64,000 nt of DNA from an uncultured Chloroflexia bacterium (GTDB lineage: Bacteria; Chloroflexota; Limnocylindria; Limnocylindrales; CSP1-4): NCBI GenBank assembly GCA_963833225.1, contig CAWHXD010000008.1:128001-192000 (forward strand). Reading direction: 5' to 3'. Under the pieces are notes generated by a model. The model had not been told where the DNA came from, ran no database searches, and saw only the letters and a program-made list of their open reading frames with translations. Positions 62,259 through 64,000 of the stretch are shown here, piece after piece (position 1 is the stretch's first letter; each line of letters starts with the position of its first letter). Both the position numbers and the translations under genes were made by a program.

Positions 62259-63039
62259 TCAGCCGCCGGTGAACGCCACGCGTACCCACGGCGCGGGAGC
62301 CGTCGCCTCCAGCCTGACGCTGCCGTCCTCGATCACGGCGCGGTCCGGCGATCCGGCATGCACCGGACCGACCTCCACGGCATACGACCCCGCCGGTGGC
62401 AGCGCGACCGGGAGCGGGAAGCCGGAGCAGGCTGCCGGTCCCCTGTCCTGTCGCCCGCTCGACGGCCTGGCCCACGACGCAATGCGCACGGCCGAGCAGC
62501 GCGGCCGCCGTGGCGAGGTCGCCGGCCGTGATCGCGGCGCGGACGTCCGTGCTCCGGACGGGCCGGCCGTCGAGCTCGAACGGGGGCACGACGACCACCT
62601 CGAACCCGCGCTCGCCACCCAGGACGGCCAGCGTCTGCGGCGTCCCGGCCCGCTGGTACCCGAACGCTGCGTCCGGGGTCATCAGCAATCCGGCGACGGG
62701 GACCCGGTCCGTGATCATCTCGACGAACGCGCCGTACGTCGTCTCCCGCAGGCGCTGGTCAAAGTGCACGACGACGGTCGTGTCCACGCCGGCGGCAGCC
62801 AGGCGCTCGAGGCGCTCGTCAGGGTCGCACAGGAGCGGCGGCGCCGAGCCGGTGAGGATCTCGTCGGGGTGGTGGTCGAACGTGATCACGACCGGCCTGG
62901 CGCCGCGACGGCGAGCCTCGGTCGCAAGGTGGTCCAGCAGGTACGCGTGGCCCCGGTGGAGGCCGTCGAACACGCCGACCACGACGAACACGGGAACCTC
63001 GGAGCGGGGCAGGTGCTCGAGCCCGCGGGCGACGTGCAT
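62259..63039 (-). CDS. ribF: FAD synthetase (RibF) with short/degenerate kinase domain; frameshift near 62430
   Basis: GVFDGLHRGH, TFDHHP, FGY.R.G, RSTDVR, LLGR; downstream of truB. Confidence 0.8.
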
Positions 63040-63041
63040 GC

Positions 63042-64000
63042 TCAGCCGACCTCCGCCGGCTCGATGGGCGCGCGCCGCGCGGGCCGGCCGCTCTCGGCGG
63101 CCCGCTCCGCGAGCACCTTGTGGGGGTGGAGCGCGCCCGCGACCGCCCGGCAGACGGCCGCGATCCGGCCGTCAGGCCCGACGGCGAGCACGAGCGGCGC
63201 GTCGCGCACCGCGAACGGCGCCTTGGGGGCGGTGATCAGGCCCTCACCCAGGCGCCGCACCTCGTCGAGCGTGATCTGCGCGTGCGGCAGGTCCTCGAGT
63301 CCGGCGTCGATCGGCCGCAACACCCGCTCGATCCCGGCCGGCCCGTCGGCCGCGTGCTCGCGCAACGACTCGAACGAGATCGCATCCTCGAGCCGGAAGC
63401 TGCCCGAGGCGGTCCGCACCAGCGCCCCGAGGTAGGCGCCGCTCCCGAGGGCCGCCCCGAGGTCCCGGGCAAGCGCCCGGATATAGGTGCCGGCCGAGCA
63501 GCTGACGTCCACGACCGCGACCGGCCGCGCCGGGTCCGATCCGTCCCACTCGAGGAGCGTGGCTTCATGGATCACCACGTCACGCGGCGCGAGCTCGACG
63601 TGCTCGCCGCGCCGGGCCAGCTGGTAGGCACGCCGCCCCTCGATCTGGACCGCCGAGTACACCGGCGGGACCTGGCTGGAGCGGTCCAGTGAAGTCGGCC
63701 AGCGCCCGCTCGACGGCCTCCCGGTCCAGGGCCGGCCCGTCGATCGGGGTCCGCTCGCCATCGATGTCGTCCGTGGTCGATGTGGCCCCGAAGCAGATCG
63801 TCGCCCGGTAGCGCTTGGTGCCCGTGAGGTGGTACTCGACCAGGCGCGTGGCCCTGCCCAGGAAGACGGGGAGCACCCCGGCGGCGAACGGATCCAGGGT
63901 GCCGCCATGTCCCACGCGGCGCGTGGACGACAGGCGCCGGACCAGCCCCACCACGTCGTGGGAGGTCGGACCGGAGGGCTTGGCGACGATGAGCACGCCG
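63042..64000 (-). CDS. truB: tRNA pseudouridine(55) synthase, frameshift near 63680, 5' end off window
   Basis: KPSGPTSHDVV, VGHGGTLDPFA, QVPPVYSA, CSAGTYIRALARDLG. Confidence 0.93.
   Translation of the reverse strand, partial: ACSSSPSPPVRPPTTWWGWSGACRPRAAWDMAAPWIRSPPGCSPSSWAGPRAWSSTTSRAPSATGRRSASGPHRPRTTSMASGPRSTGRPWTGRPSSGRWPTSLDRSSQVPPVYSAVQIEGRRAYQLARRGEHVELAPRDVVIHEATLLEWDGSDPARPVAVVDVSCSAGTYIRALARDLGAALGSGAYLGALVRTASGSFRLEDAISFESLREHAADGPAGIERVLRPIDAGLEDLPHAQITLDEVRRLGEGLITAPKAPFAVRDAPLVLAVGPDGRIAAVCRAVAGALHPHKVLAERAAESGRPARRAPIEPAEVG

Noticed and set aside
6613-64000. Numerous frameshifted genes (rbsK, P450, MFS x2, TPP enzyme, murC, ftsK, udg, CRTAC1, haloperoxidase, xylB, xylA, ribF, truB) read as pseudogenes or programmed frameshifts
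   Set aside because: They affect essential genes, are single-base indels in GC-rich runs, and the coding motifs are otherwise intact. Long-read sequencing error is the simplest explanation.

Overview
A 64 kb window of a very GC-rich bacterial chromosome. The gene repertoire suggests Chloroflexota, possibly Limnocylindria-like, but this is inference only. Many single-base frameshifts, including in essential genes, point to uncorrected long-read errors rather than pseudogenes. Contents in order: an ArsR/SRPBCC/VOC/GyrI cluster; a GH18 lipoprotein; an ABC exporter; an approximately 11.6 kb modified-nucleoside (queuosine-type) uptake and salvage locus (ribokinase, Qng1/DUF2419, MFS, P450, two uridine phosphorylase paralogues, a QrtT-type ECF transporter with a structured leader, two FGE-domain proteins); several secreted proteins; a candidate stand-alone ncRNA; the core block rpsO-pnp-GNAT-asd-udg-rnj-ftsK-rodZ-cinA-murC-yajQ; a haloperoxidase/CRTAC1 pair and a xylose regulon lying between ribF and rpsO; and ribF-truB. 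The most striking feature is the housekeeping PNPase, which carries an in-frame DEDDh (DnaQ-like) 3'-5' exonuclease domain with all catalytic residues where the helical domain normally sits. I found no rRNA, tRNA, CRISPR array, transposase or integrase.
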